Positions 39,710-49,860 of a stretch of DNA of 56,660 nt are shown here, piece after piece. Below the pieces are notes generated by a model, which had not been told where the DNA came from, ran no database searches, and saw only the letters and a list, made by a program, of their open reading frames with translations. The DNA comes from an uncultured Treponema sp. GTDB taxonomy: Bacteria > Spirochaetota > Spirochaetia > Treponematales > Treponemataceae. The DNA is taken from NCBI GenBank assembly GCA_963547555.1, contig CAUURR010000001.1, positions 1 through 56,660 on the forward strand, in the 5' to 3' direction. Each line of letters starts with the position of its first letter. Positions within the stretch are counted from its first letter, which is position 1. The position numbers and the translations under genes were made by a program.

Positions 39710-39735
39710 CATAGGTTATAATAATAATGTATAAT
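39706..39735 (+). promoter_or_regulatory. Sigma70-type promoter of the STAS gene
   Basis: TTGACA-N18-TATAAT. Confidence 0.65.
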
Positions 39736-39775
39736 AACTACAATAGTGTTTTTTGACTATTGGGAGGAAATTGTG

Positions 39776-40327
39776 ATGGACGTAAATAATAATTTAATTC
39801 CCGGTTTTAACGATGAAAAAGACGACAGTCTGAAAATTTCTCTTAAAAAAGTCGATCAGGTAGATGGCGGAATTATTTTATATTTAAATGGCTATATTGA
39901 TACATATAATTCCAGTTTTTTCCAAAAACGGGTTGCAAAGGTTGTAGATGCCGGATATAAAAATCTGATTTTTAATTGTGCTGCTTTAAACTATGTTTCT
40001 TCCACCGGTATCGGTTCCTTTACCGCTTTTTTGAAAATGGTAAAGCCTTCCGGCGGAGATATTGTTTTGCTGGAAATACAGGCAAAGGTTTACGAAGTTT
40101 TTCAATTATTGGGCTTTGCTCAGTTTTTTAATATTAAAGATTCCGCTGAAGAAGCCATTGCGTTCTTTAAGCAGGAAGTTGTTCCTACAACCGGTATATT
40201 CCCGAAAATCTTTACCTGTCCCGTGTGCTCCAAAATATTGAAAGCCCCCCGTTCGGGACGGTTCCGCTGCTCCGAATGTAAAACCATTTTGGCGGTCGAC
40301 TCTAACGGACAAGTATTTTTAGGCTGA
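39776..40327 (+). CDS. Anti-sigma factor antagonist (STAS) with C-terminal zinc ribbon
   Basis: LNGYID, YVSSTGIG, VFQLLG; CPVC...CSEC. Confidence 0.9.
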   Translation: MDVNNNLIPGFNDEKDDSLKISLKKVDQVDGGIILYLNGYIDTYNSSFFQKRVAKVVDAGYKNLIFNCAALNYVSSTGIGSFTAFLKMVKPSGGDIVLLEIQAKVYEVFQLLGFAQFFNIKDSAEEAIAFFKQEVVPTTGIFPKIFTCPVCSKILKAPRSGRFRCSECKTILAVDSNGQVFLG

Positions 40328-40343
40328 GGTATATAAGGCGGGG

Positions 40344-40604
40344 TGCGTATAAGGACCCCGCTTGTGCAAAACCTGTGTATAAGCGGTATGTAAAATCATT
40401 TTGTCTTTTTTATTTTCTTAATTTGAAATAAATTATAAGCGTTCTTTTACAATAAGCGTAAAAATATTTTTTTATTCTTTGTATTATAAGAATTTATATT
40501 TACAGTTTTTTTACAGAGGTGCTTTTTCCCCTGTTAGGGCTATCTGTATGTATAACAAACAAATAACTGAAATACACGGCTGCTTGTGCAAAACCTGTTT
40601 ATAA
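40344..40604. promoter_or_regulatory. Two clusters of co-oriented DnaA-box-like 9-mers flanking an AT-rich core
   Basis: TGTGCAAAA (40363, 40585), TGTGTATAA (40374) and four 1-mismatch copies. Confidence 0.6.
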
Positions 40605-40654
40605 TATGGACTTGTAAAAACGGTATATAAAATTTGATTTTACGCTTGCATTGA

Positions 40655-41470
40655 TTGTATATCCGTGCTATTCTCATTACGGTGAAAGATTCGATTTTCC
40701 TCATTGGTATCTATATTTTCGTTTTGTTTGTGCTTTCCGTTTTTGCAGCACTTATGCTGATTTTGTATCCGGCATCTCCGGATGCGGGATTTTATACGGA
40801 TATTTTTGCACGTATTGCGGATATATTTTTATATACTTTCTTTTCGCTTTTGCCTTTAACGAGTATAGGCGCATTATCGGCTGTTGTTTTTACAATCATA
40901 AAACGCGGATACTCATCGTTGCTTGATTTTTTGATTTTTATCTTTTTGTGCTGTGTTGTCTGGCTTATCATTATTCCTTTGTGTTATTTATACGAGCCGG
41001 CGCAGCGTGTTGCGCTTTTTATAAATAAAGGTTCGGCATCTCCTTTTGCCCGTTTTTTTACAAACGGTTTTTTTTATACAAAGCTGCAGGATGTTGAAGC
41101 CGTTTATTTTAATCCTCCGCGGTTGATTCAAAATACCGTTTCAAATTTGTTTTTTCTTTCGCAAGTGATTCGTTCCGCCGTTGATAAAGGACGCGGTGTC
41201 TACGTGTTATCAGCTTCGGCGGGATTTGCTTTGGCTGCCGTATACGGTTTTTATTCATTTTCGTATTGGAAATTGATGAATGCGGTTTTAGTAATTTTCT
41301 TTTGGATGCTTATCTTCGGTTTAAATCTGTATATGTATTCGCCGCATTTTACCGCTTATACTTCTTCAATATGGGTTCCGTTTATTGTCAATATTTCCAT
41401 GGGTATGCTATTGTGGCTGCCGGCGATACGGAATATACATAAGTCCAAAAAACGGGCGGCGGAGGATTGA
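40655..41470 (+). CDS. Hypothetical multi-TM membrane protein
   Basis: 271 aa, ~6 hydrophobic segments; TTG start uncertain. Confidence 0.75.
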   Translation: MYIRAILITVKDSIFLIGIYIFVLFVLSVFAALMLILYPASPDAGFYTDIFARIADIFLYTFFSLLPLTSIGALSAVVFTIIKRGYSSLLDFLIFIFLCCVVWLIIIPLCYLYEPAQRVALFINKGSASPFARFFTNGFFYTKLQDVEAVYFNPPRLIQNTVSNLFFLSQVIRSAVDKGRGVYVLSASAGFALAAVYGFYSFSYWKLMNAVLVIFFWMLIFGLNLYMYSPHFTAYTSSIWVPFIVNISMGMLLWLPAIRNIHKSKKRAAED

Positions 41471-41471
41471 T

Positions 41472-43301
41472 ATGAAAACATCCGCACGTATCGCTGTGTT
41501 AATGCCGGTATATACGATTTTTGCCTTTGGATTTTTTATTGCACAAGCTTTTTTGATACGCGATGTATCGTTTTTGTTTCCGGAGGATGTCGGATATTGG
41601 CGATTTATTACGGGACTGCATAACTTTTTATATTGGCTTCCTGCGGTATTGGCATCTGTCGGCTGTATAGCTTTTTCATGGTCATTCGGAAGCGATGCGG
41701 CAAAGAACCTGGCCCGTTTTTCCGCCGTTCAGTTAAAAAACTATCGTATTGTTTTTATTGTTGCGGGTGTTTCCGTTGCGTTGTGTTTTGTTACGCTTGA
41801 GATTTTTGTTCCGCTTATTTCGTCGGCCAAAAGCCGTTTGGAAAACCGCATACAGGATTATACATGGTATATACAACATGCGGAGTCTGCGTATGCCGAA
41901 GAAAATGCATCTGTAGCGGTTTTCTATGCCGAAAACGCTCTTTCTTTGCAGCCGGGCAATGCCGAGGCAAAAAAGCTGAGAGATGCCGCCCTGCGTCTTG
42001 CCGCGGCAGGAAATTATGCTTCTTCAAAAACGGTTTCCGCCGTTCCTTCCGATTTATTGTCGGCCGATAATACGCCGTTTTCTCCTCTTGTTTTACTTGG
42101 AAAGGCTCAAGCGGCATTTGATGCAAAAAATTATTTTGATGCGCATTATTATGCATGGTGGGCATATAAGCTTGCAGGAGAAAACGATGCCAACAGCGCC
42201 GAAATGCAGCGGCTTGCAACTGAAGCATGGAATATTATTTCCCGCGATTCAGGATTTGAAACCGATGAGGCTGCACAAATCTTTTGGAAAAAGCGCGAGG
42301 GGTATTCCGCTCTTATGGAAGATGACGTTTTAAAAGCCTATTATATTTTTTTGGACTTGTATACGATTAGCGATTTTGATCCCGATATTGTGCGTTTTTA
42401 CCGTCTTTCTACCGAAGCTTTATTACAGCAGTATTTTTTTATTGATGAAGTGCAAAACTTTGCACTTTATGAAAAATTTAAAAATATTTCATTTACCGTC
42501 CCGCTTCCCGGCGGCGGACGTGAATCAGTTCGTATCGGCGGAGTAACAACGGTCGCGCATACCGACAGCTTTGTAAAATATTTGCGTAATTATTCTTCGG
42601 TTACCTATGATGCTTCCGGCTCTTTAATATCGGCGATGGCAGTTCCTTATGTAAAACTCATCGCACAAAAAGCCGGTACTTTCGGTTCCGATTTTGCTTC
42701 TGTTACCGGTATTCAAGATGCCGAAATCTTTGTTCCGCGGCTTTTGTTTACATCGGTAGACAGAAAAAGCCGCGGGATTGTTATTTCTCCGGTTTATTCC
42801 GATGTAAATACTGAAGCCGGAGAACATAATACGGTGCATGTATTACCGATGAGTTTAAAGGATTTTGATCTGGTGTGCTGTGCTTCATCGGAAGGTCCGC
42901 TGTATATGAATCTTGCTTCTTTATTTCATTTTGTGCCTCTTGCCGAGCGCTACGGGCTGCCGGTCGAAATATATCAGACTTTTTTATTGCAGCGTTTTAC
43001 CCGTCCGTTTTTATTATTTGTTTTATTTTTAATTTTAGCTCTTATTGCATGGGATTTTAAGCTTGAATCTTCGCAGGTATTTCGCTTTGTGTGGGTATTC
43101 AGTTTTCCCGTATTTACCGCTGTCGTGATGTTTTGTATCGAATTTTTACGCTATTTGATTATTCTTTTGTCATACGCTTTGTCGTCTTTTTCGCTGTACG
43201 GACAGCTTTTTACCGCACTGATTTTACTGTTTGCGGCTATTGTAGTTCTGTCGATACGCTTTTTATCTTTGTATGAAAAAGATAAAGAGAAGACCGCCTG
43301 A
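41472..43301 (+). CDS. Hypothetical membrane protein with large TPR-like periplasmic region
   Basis: GGAGG SD; three N- and three C-terminal TM segments; helical Ala-rich repeats between. Confidence 0.78.
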   Translation: MKTSARIAVLMPVYTIFAFGFFIAQAFLIRDVSFLFPEDVGYWRFITGLHNFLYWLPAVLASVGCIAFSWSFGSDAAKNLARFSAVQLKNYRIVFIVAGVSVALCFVTLEIFVPLISSAKSRLENRIQDYTWYIQHAESAYAEENASVAVFYAENALSLQPGNAEAKKLRDAALRLAAAGNYASSKTVSAVPSDLLSADNTPFSPLVLLGKAQAAFDAKNYFDAHYYAWWAYKLAGENDANSAEMQRLATEAWNIISRDSGFETDEAAQIFWKKREGYSALMEDDVLKAYYIFLDLYTISDFDPDIVRFYRLSTEALLQQYFFIDEVQNFALYEKFKNISFTVPLPGGGRESVRIGGVTTVAHTDSFVKYLRNYSSVTYDASGSLISAMAVPYVKLIAQKAGTFGSDFASVTGIQDAEIFVPRLLFTSVDRKSRGIVISPVYSDVNTEAGEHNTVHVLPMSLKDFDLVCCASSEGPLYMNLASLFHFVPLAERYGLPVEIYQTFLLQRFTRPFLLFVLFLILALIAWDFKLESSQVFRFVWVFSFPVFTAVVMFCIEFLRYLIILLSYALSSFSLYGQLFTALILLFAAIVVLSIRFLSLYEKDKEKTA

Positions 43302-43333
43302 ACGGTGTTTGCGGTTCGGCAGTCCGTAAAATC

Positions 43334-44620
43334 TCAGCAGCGGTCTACGCGTTCTATCTGCGCGCCCAAACTTTTAAGGCGTTCGGTTAAGCGTTCGTAG
43401 CCGCGTTCAACCTGATACACATTGCGTATAATGCTGTTGCCTCGCGCGCACAAAGCCGCTATAACGATGGCCATTCCCGCGCGTACGTCGGGGGAAGAAA
43501 GTTCTTCATCTCCGTGTAAGAGACAGGGACCCGATACAACCGCGCGGTGCGGGTCGCACAGGGTGATGCGCGCGCCCATACCGATGAGCTTATCGACAAA
43601 AAACATACGCGATTCGAACATCTTTTCGTGAATAAGAACCGTCCCCTTTACCTGTGTTGCGACGACCGTCATAATGCTCGTTAAATCGGGCGGAAACCCC
43701 GGCCAGGGCGCATCGTCTATTTTGGGAATCATACCGCCCAAGTCGGTGTTGATTTGCATTTCCTGCGCCGCCGGAACCCGTAAAATATCGCCGTCCGTTT
43801 CCCAGTGGATGCCCAGTTTACCAAACGAAAGTTTTATGGGTCTTAAGTCGCAGTCTTTTACCCCTTCGATTTCTATGCTGCCCTTTGTCGCGGCGGCCAA
43901 ACCGATAAAAGAACCGATTTCCATAAAGTCGGCCCCGATGCGGAATTCGCAGCCCTTGAGTTCTTTTACGCCCTCTATCGTTAAAATATTTGAGCCGACG
44001 CCGCTTATTTTTGCGCCCATCGAGTTGAGCATACGGCAGACATCCTGCACGTGAGGCTCGCAGGCGGCATTGGTAATGATTGTTTTACCCTTTGCAAGGA
44101 CTGCCGCCATAAGGGCGTTTTCGGTTGCGGTAACCGAAGCTTCGTCTAAAAATAAATCGGTACCGGCAAGCTTATTCGCCGTAAAGGTAAAGCGGCCGTC
44201 TATATTTACGCGCGCGCCCAATTCGGTGAGGGCTAAAAAGTGCGTATCGAGCCGTCTGCGCCCGATAACGTCTCCTCCGGGAGGCGGCATAACCGCCTTG
44301 CCGCAGCGGGCAAGAAGGGGGCCTGCAAAGAGGATTGAAGCGCGTATTTTTTTTGACAGCTCCGGCGGAATATCGTTTTGCTTTATGTCTTTTGCATGAA
44401 TCGTCCACGAGTTTTTTCCTGCGGACTTTACCGAAGCTCCCAAGGCTTTAAGGATTTCGAGCATAACGCCCGTGTCGGCAATATCGGGAATATTGTGCAG
44501 CGTTACCGGCTCGCTTGTTAAAATGCTTGCCGCAATACAGGGCAGGGCGGCGTTTTTATTGCCGCTTACCTTAATCGTCCCCTTTATGGGAAAACCGCCT
44601 TCAATGTGATATTCGCTCAT
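43334..44620 (-). CDS. murA: UDP-N-acetylglucosamine 1-carboxyvinyltransferase
   Basis: [37 protein letters not shown]. Confidence 0.96.
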   Translation of the reverse strand: MSEYHIEGGFPIKGTIKVSGNKNAALPCIAASILTSEPVTLHNIPDIADTGVMLEILKALGASVKSAGKNSWTIHAKDIKQNDIPPELSKKIRASILFAGPLLARCGKAVMPPPGGDVIGRRRLDTHFLALTELGARVNIDGRFTFTANKLAGTDLFLDEASVTATENALMAAVLAKGKTIITNAACEPHVQDVCRMLNSMGAKISGVGSNILTIEGVKELKGCEFRIGADFMEIGSFIGLAAATKGSIEIEGVKDCDLRPIKLSFGKLGIHWETDGDILRVPAAQEMQINTDLGGMIPKIDDAPWPGFPPDLTSIMTVVATQVKGTVLIHEKMFESRMFFVDKLIGMGARITLCDPHRAVVSGPCLLHGDEELSSPDVRAGMAIVIAALCARGNSIIRNVYQVERGYERLTERLKSLGAQIERVDRC

Positions 44621-45876
44621 CTTTTTTTGCCCCACAAATCAATCAGTTCGCCGATTATGCCCACCGCATAGGTCATTTGATTTAAGGATGCCCATTCGCG
44701 CCGTGAATGGAAGTTGTGGCCGCCGTTAAAAACATTCGGTGTGGGAATCCCCATTTCCGTTAAGCGCGAACCGTCGGTACCGCCGCGGATAGGCTTCATT
44801 ATCGGTTCTATGCCGAGATTTTCCGCCGCTTTAAGCAGGGTGTGCATAACTTCGGGATGTTCGTCCATTTTGGCTTTCATGTTGACGTATTGCTTGGTGT
44901 GCTTAACCTTTACGGATGAGCCGGGGAATTTATGCTCCATTGCCTTCGCCAAAACGCTTACCGTTTTTTTGCGCCGATCCATAGCTTCGTCGGTGTAGTC
45001 GCGCAAAAACAGTACGACTTCGGCTTTTTCTATGTGGCCTTCTATGCTCATGGGTGCGTAAAAGCCCAAATAGCCGTCGGTCGCTTCGGGGCTTTCGTTT
45101 TGAGGCAAAAGATTTACAAAGGCGGCTGCCATCGTAACCGCATTTACCATGTCGGGGCGCGCCGTTCCCGTGTGCTTGGATTTACCCGTAAAGACGATTT
45201 CGCTTTTCCACGCGGTAAAACATTCGCATTCAAGTTCTCCGATATGTCCGCCGTCAATCGTATAGCACTGTTTGGACTGAATCCAATCGAGGGGGACTTT
45301 GTCCATGCCGTGTCCCGTTTCTTCGTCGGGACTGAAAATCACTTCGATTTGTCCGTGCGGCTTTTTATCGATGTTCAATAAAAAATCGAGGGCGGTCATA
45401 ATGGAAGCTATACCGGCTTTGTCGTCGGCGCCCAAAAGTGTGGTGCCGTCGGTGCAGATAATCGTTTCGCCGATTGATTTTATAAGGTCGGCATCTTCTG
45501 CGGGGTCGAGCGTAACGCCGTCTTTCAGTTTTATAACCGAGCCGTCGTAGTTTTTTATAACCTGCGGCTTTACGTCTTTTCCCGATACTTCCCCTGCGGT
45601 ATCCATGTGAGCTAAAAAGCCGACGGAGGGGGCTTTTTCATACCCCTTTGAGGCCGGAATGCGGGCGCACACATAGGCATGTTTATCGACAAAGACGTCA
45701 TCGATTCCGAGTGCTTTCAGTTCTTTTTCGAGGATATAGGCAAAGTCCCTCTGGCGCTCGGTTGAAGGCATAATGCCCTTATCGGCTTTTTCGTCGTCGC
45801 TTGTTGTCCATATTTGTACATAGCGTAAAAACCGCTCCGAAAGCGGCTTGGCAAATTTATCGTTACAGTGTTTCAT
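44617..45876 (-). CDS. pepT: Peptidase T (tripeptide aminopeptidase, M20B)
   Basis: [32 protein letters not shown]. Confidence 0.95.
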   Translation of the reverse strand: MKHCNDKFAKPLSERFLRYVQIWTTSDDEKADKGIMPSTERQRDFAYILEKELKALGIDDVFVDKHAYVCARIPASKGYEKAPSVGFLAHMDTAGEVSGKDVKPQVIKNYDGSVIKLKDGVTLDPAEDADLIKSIGETIICTDGTTLLGADDKAGIASIMTALDFLLNIDKKPHGQIEVIFSPDEETGHGMDKVPLDWIQSKQCYTIDGGHIGELECECFTAWKSEIVFTGKSKHTGTARPDMVNAVTMAAAFVNLLPQNESPEATDGYLGFYAPMSIEGHIEKAEVVLFLRDYTDEAMDRRKKTVSVLAKAMEHKFPGSSVKVKHTKQYVNMKAKMDEHPEVMHTLLKAAENLGIEPIMKPIRGGTDGSRLTEMGIPTPNVFNGGHNFHSRREWASLNQMTYAVGIIGELIDLWGKKR

Positions 45877-45943
45877 ACCTACAGCATACGATATTTTTGC
45901 CTTGTAAGCAAGGTGTTTGCTTGCAAGGTGACCGTCATTATAA

Positions 45944-46026
45944 TAAGTTTTGCGTTCTGTACAAAACTTAAGTTCAAGGCTGAACATGAGGTTCCAAGGA
46001 TGAAACGTATTCAACCGACATGAACT
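45944..46026. repeat. Hairpin element downstream of the Rpn gene
   Basis: taagttttg..caaaactta; agttca..tgaact nested stem. Confidence 0.55.
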
Positions 46027-46061
46027 CACGCGATACCGTTTGTACCGAGGAAGTTCATTTT

Positions 46062-46934
46062 TTACAGCCTGGTAATTTCGGCTTCGGAAAGTCCGGTGAT
46101 TTTGTGAATATCATCGAATGAGTAATTCATCGACTTCATTACAGTTGCCGTTTTCAATTTGTTTTGATAGGCACCTTGCTGCAAGCCTTCTTCCAAAGCT
46201 ATTTCACGTTCTTCTTCTCTTTGAACCGCTATATCGGTTTCGTAATCGTATTCTGCCAATAACATATTCATTACCTCCCGCGATTTGCGTTCCAAGTACT
46301 CCCTTAGTATATCACTATTTATACATTCCTGTACAGCTTTTTCAAAGCCCTTTTCCCTATCAAGCTTCAGGTGTTTTTTCACTGTATCTACAAACAGGCT
46401 GTATTCTTCAAGAGGCTTGCATTTATAAACTATCGTATCGGCTTTATTGGGATTGATGTTTATCACCTCAACGGTAAGTTCTAGCTGCGACTGTGAAGCG
46501 ACTTCCATAAAAGTGTCGGAAAGTTTTAGAATTTTCCGTTCAGGATAGTCTTCTTCACCGTTGTAAAAGACGTAGAATTCGGGCGTAGGAATTTTAACCA
46601 AACGGCGTAAATATTTATCCCGCGGATTTTGCAGCTGCTCATACAGGCGCACGACATACTCCAAAAAACGAAACGGCATATTTTCGTTCACGGTAGATTG
46701 GTGTTCTGCAAGTACAATGACTTTATTATCAACGAGGAAGGACACATCGTTGTAAAAGTTCATATACAGGATTTGCTCCAGTCTGATATGACGCAGTTCA
46801 CAGTCAAGCGGCAGTTCCGTTCCGTGCAGCGCGTTGTACAAACTGATAAAGTTTGACTTTGCCGACTTGTCTGCCCCGAATAAATCCGCAAACACCGAGT
46901 CCTTATACGTCCGCTTGGGTTTATTCTTTGTCAT
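46062..46934 (-). CDS. Rpn-family PD-(D/E)XK nuclease (putative transposase-like)
   Basis: YKDSVF, NDVSF, EHQSTVNENMPFR, FYVFYNG, C-terminal KITGLSEAEI. Confidence 0.88.
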   Translation of the reverse strand: MTKNKPKRTYKDSVFADLFGADKSAKSNFISLYNALHGTELPLDCELRHIRLEQILYMNFYNDVSFLVDNKVIVLAEHQSTVNENMPFRFLEYVVRLYEQLQNPRDKYLRRLVKIPTPEFYVFYNGEEDYPERKILKLSDTFMEVASQSQLELTVEVININPNKADTIVYKCKPLEEYSLFVDTVKKHLKLDREKGFEKAVQECINSDILREYLERKSREVMNMLLAEYDYETDIAVQREEEREIALEEGLQQGAYQNKLKTATVMKSMNYSFDDIHKITGLSEAEITRL

Positions 46935-46995
46935 ACTTCACCTCTCTTATAATATTTTACAAGTGCCCTATACTGAAGCAGCTTTGTTTCATATC

Positions 46996-47114
46996 CTGCA
47001 CACGGACGTGCAGAAAAGTTGTAAAACAATTGCGAACCGAAACTTATGTATCTGCGAGTTTGTCAACGACAAACTCGAGTTAAAGGATGCGACAATATAT
47101 TAGGCATCCTTTAA
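46996..47114. repeat. Hairpin element upstream of the Rpn gene
   Basis: ctgcac..gtgcag; cgagtttgtc-aac-gacaaactcg; ttaaaggatgc..gcatcctttaa. Confidence 0.6.
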
Positions 47115-47270
47115 ACATTATAGGCGTTAGGTGAGAAAAAAAAGCGCATTTTAGAAAAAAAATACGGGAATTTTACGAAAAAAGTATCTTTTCCTTTAAC
47201 TGCTTGCGGAAAACAGTCTCAGTTCATTATTTTTTCATTGCTTTGTGCCGAAAGATTTTTGTAAAATATC

Positions 47271-48713
47271 TTATTTCGTAAATCGGGCGAGTACCCGCTC
47301 TTTGAATTGATTGCCGCGGTCGAATTCGTTTGTAAAGAGTTCAAAGCTTGCCGCTCCCGGTGATAATACAACCGCATCGCCTTTTTCAAGGTTCGGCTTC
47401 ATATCCTGTAAAAGCGTGTTAAAGCCTGCATAGGGGCCGTAATACGGAATGTTGCGTGCTTTGAGCAATTTTATAAGAATATCCGTCCCCGATCCGCCGA
47501 GCAAATACAGGCTTTTTGCCTTTGAGGCATTTTCGGCAAGAGGGGTAAAATTAAGGTTTTTGTTTGTCCCCCCGCAAATAAGTACGGGCGGTTCGCTAAA
47601 GGCTTCCAATGCGGCAACGGCGGCTTCGGGAACCGTCGAAGCACTGTCATTGTAAAAGCGAATGCCCTCCGCTTCATGGAAAAATTCCATGCGATGCGCT
47701 ATTCCCCCGAAATCGTCCATTATATCAGCGATTTTATCTTCCGGTGCTCCGTAGAGCGCAAGAACCGAAGCGGCATTCAGCACATTTTGCCTCAGCTTTA
47801 TACCCGAAATACGGGATTTGTGCGATAAAAGCTTTATTTGATGCAAAGGCCCCTTACCGGCTGCCGGCTGTTTTACAGCGCTGTTTCCGGATTTTTCAAG
47901 GGCAATGCGGCAATAACCGTTGCCGTCAGCTGCGAAAAATGCACCTTCAATGTTGTCGGGAAGGGGAACAGCGTCATAGCGATAAATATGTGCGCCGCTT
48001 TCTTGCGCAAATATATCTCCCCATTTATCGCCGTAACTGCAAATCAGGCTGTCTTGTTCGCTCATATTTTTGTATATGATTTTTTTATCGGAAACGTATT
48101 TTTCCATTGTGCCGTACCAGTTTAAATGATCCTCCATGATAGGCGTAATAACCGCTATATCGGGCTTAAAAGATTTGACCGCCTTTAAATCGGCAAGCTG
48201 CCAGCTTGAAAGTTCCAGTACGACAGGGGTGTCCCGCTCCGTTTTTTCGACAAAGGTGAGCGGACTGACGGTGATATTGCCGCCTAAAAAAGATGTATAT
48301 CCGAAAGCTTGTAATCCGTAATAAATCGCACTTGCTGTTGAAGATTTACCTTTGCTGCCCGTTACGGCAATCAGCGGTGTTTTCGACAGGGAAAGGAATA
48401 CCGAAATGTCGGTTTCAATGTGTTTTGCTTCTTCAAGATAGATATTCCCTTCACGTTTAACCCCGGGATTTTTTATAACCAGGTCGGCGGTTTTAAAATC
48501 TTCAATGCGGTGTTCTCCGAGTACAAAGCGGATATTCGGAAAATGTTTTAATTTATTTACCGAGGGAGCCAGCGTTTCGGCGTTTTTTAAATCGGTAACG
48601 GTTACCTGTGCGCCGTGCCGCGCAAAAAAGTCGGCAGAAGCAAGTCCGCCTCCGTTAAGACCCAGCCCCATAACGGTTACGTGTAAATTCCTGATATTTT
48701 CAAAAAATTGCAT
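47271..48713 (-). CDS. murD: UDP-N-acetylmuramoyl-L-alanine--D-glutamate ligase
   Basis: GLGLNG, VTGSKGKSST, LELSSWQL, HRME, YNDS, LSPGAASF. Confidence 0.94.
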   Translation of the reverse strand: MQFFENIRNLHVTVMGLGLNGGGLASADFFARHGAQVTVTDLKNAETLAPSVNKLKHFPNIRFVLGEHRIEDFKTADLVIKNPGVKREGNIYLEEAKHIETDISVFLSLSKTPLIAVTGSKGKSSTASAIYYGLQAFGYTSFLGGNITVSPLTFVEKTERDTPVVLELSSWQLADLKAVKSFKPDIAVITPIMEDHLNWYGTMEKYVSDKKIIYKNMSEQDSLICSYGDKWGDIFAQESGAHIYRYDAVPLPDNIEGAFFAADGNGYCRIALEKSGNSAVKQPAAGKGPLHQIKLLSHKSRISGIKLRQNVLNAASVLALYGAPEDKIADIMDDFGGIAHRMEFFHEAEGIRFYNDSASTVPEAAVAALEAFSEPPVLICGGTNKNLNFTPLAENASKAKSLYLLGGSGTDILIKLLKARNIPYYGPYAGFNTLLQDMKPNLEKGDAVVLSPGAASFELFTNEFDRGNQFKERVLARFTK

Positions 48714-48888
48714 GGAGCGAGTATAGCAAAAAATCAAAAATCGGAAAAGTATACATGCTCTAATTTTAATCGATTTTTATAAAGGTTCGTTTCGATGCAG
48801 CGATACTCTCGGCCGTGTTTTGATTTTGCCGTGCGGCGGAAAACAGGCTGCTGTAGCATAACTTTACAATTTTTGCTATAGTACTTTT

Positions 48889-49860
48889 ATGAGTACGCTT
48901 ATACGGGCTGAAGTACTCGGCTATTGTATGGGAGTGCGCCGCGCAATGGATACTGCCGAAAAGGCCCTTGAAAATTATTGCGATTCTCCGGTTTACAGCC
49001 TCGGACCTTTGATACATAATAAAGCCGCATTGGAAAATCTTATTAACCGCGGTTTACTGATGCTTGAAGATACGGATTTTGCGGTTTTGTGTGCGGATGC
49101 GCAGCCTGCTCCGGCTTATGGAGCTTTACATAATACTTCGGAAAATAAGCCCCAAAAAAAATCGAAAAAAAAGCCCCCCGTCGTAATAATCCGTGCTCAC
49201 GGTACAACGCCGGAAGTACGCGAAAAACTTAAAAAAACGGGTGCTCGTGTTATAGATGCAACCTGTCCGCGCGTATTGGCGAACCAAAGAATCGTAAAAG
49301 AATATGCCGAAAAAAAATATATAATTATAATTGCCGGCGATAAAAATCACGGCGAAGTAACCGCTCTTATAGGCGAAGCGCGTGCCGCCGGTGCCGAGTA
49401 CCGCGTTGTGCAAAACAGGGAAGAAGCGGCAGCTGTTGCCGCAGAGCCTTTTTTTTCAGGATTGCCGGCTGTTTTGATAAGCCAAACGACAATCGGCTTT
49501 GAAGAATACGAAGCGATTAAAGAAGCTTTGTGCGCATCCGGCGGAAAAGTAAAAGTTTTTGATACGATTTGTCCTGCGACCGAAGAGCGGCAAAAAGCCT
49601 TACGCACCCTCTGCAAAAAAGTCGACGGAATCGTTGTTGTCGGCGGAAAAGAATCCGCCAATACAAAGCGGCTTTTTCAAACGGCCGCCTCCTTATGCGC
49701 CCATGCCGTGCATATAGAACGCGCCGAAGAACTTCCCGAATCGTTTGCCGCGCTTAAAACCGTCGGAATTACGGCGGGAGCTTCCACCCCCGATGAAATT
49801 ATACGGGATGTGGAAAAGCGCTTTGAATCTTTCGGTATTGATGCGGGAACGATGCCGTGA
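48889..49860 (+). CDS. ispH: 4-hydroxy-3-methylbut-2-enyl diphosphate reductase
   Basis: GYCMGVRRA, DATCP, TICPATEERQ, GITAGASTP. Confidence 0.96.
   Translation: MSTLIRAEVLGYCMGVRRAMDTAEKALENYCDSPVYSLGPLIHNKAALENLINRGLLMLEDTDFAVLCADAQPAPAYGALHNTSENKPQKKSKKKPPVVIIRAHGTTPEVREKLKKTGARVIDATCPRVLANQRIVKEYAEKKYIIIIAGDKNHGEVTALIGEARAAGAEYRVVQNREEAAAVAAEPFFSGLPAVLISQTTIGFEEYEAIKEALCASGGKVKVFDTICPATEERQKALRTLCKKVDGIVVVGGKESANTKRLFQTAASLCAHAVHIERAEELPESFAALKTVGITAGASTPDEIIRDVEKRFESFGIDAGTMP

Noticed and set aside
43334..44620. MurA has Asp (PGGDVIG) at the catalytic Cys position, implying fosfomycin insensitivity
   Set aside because: Established natural variant (e.g. Borrelia, Chlamydia, Mycobacterium); real but not novel
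45877..46029. N-terminal extension of PepT in the ORF track
   Set aside because: Runs through promoter and hairpin repeat; the PepT-like sequence begins near Met at 45876. Over-long starts were also trimmed for rpsJ, rplD, rplE, rpsZ, rsmE, murA and murD
46062..46934. Rpn gene as an IS transposase
   Set aside because: No terminal inverted repeats or target duplication found; PD-(D/E)XK rather than DDE motifs
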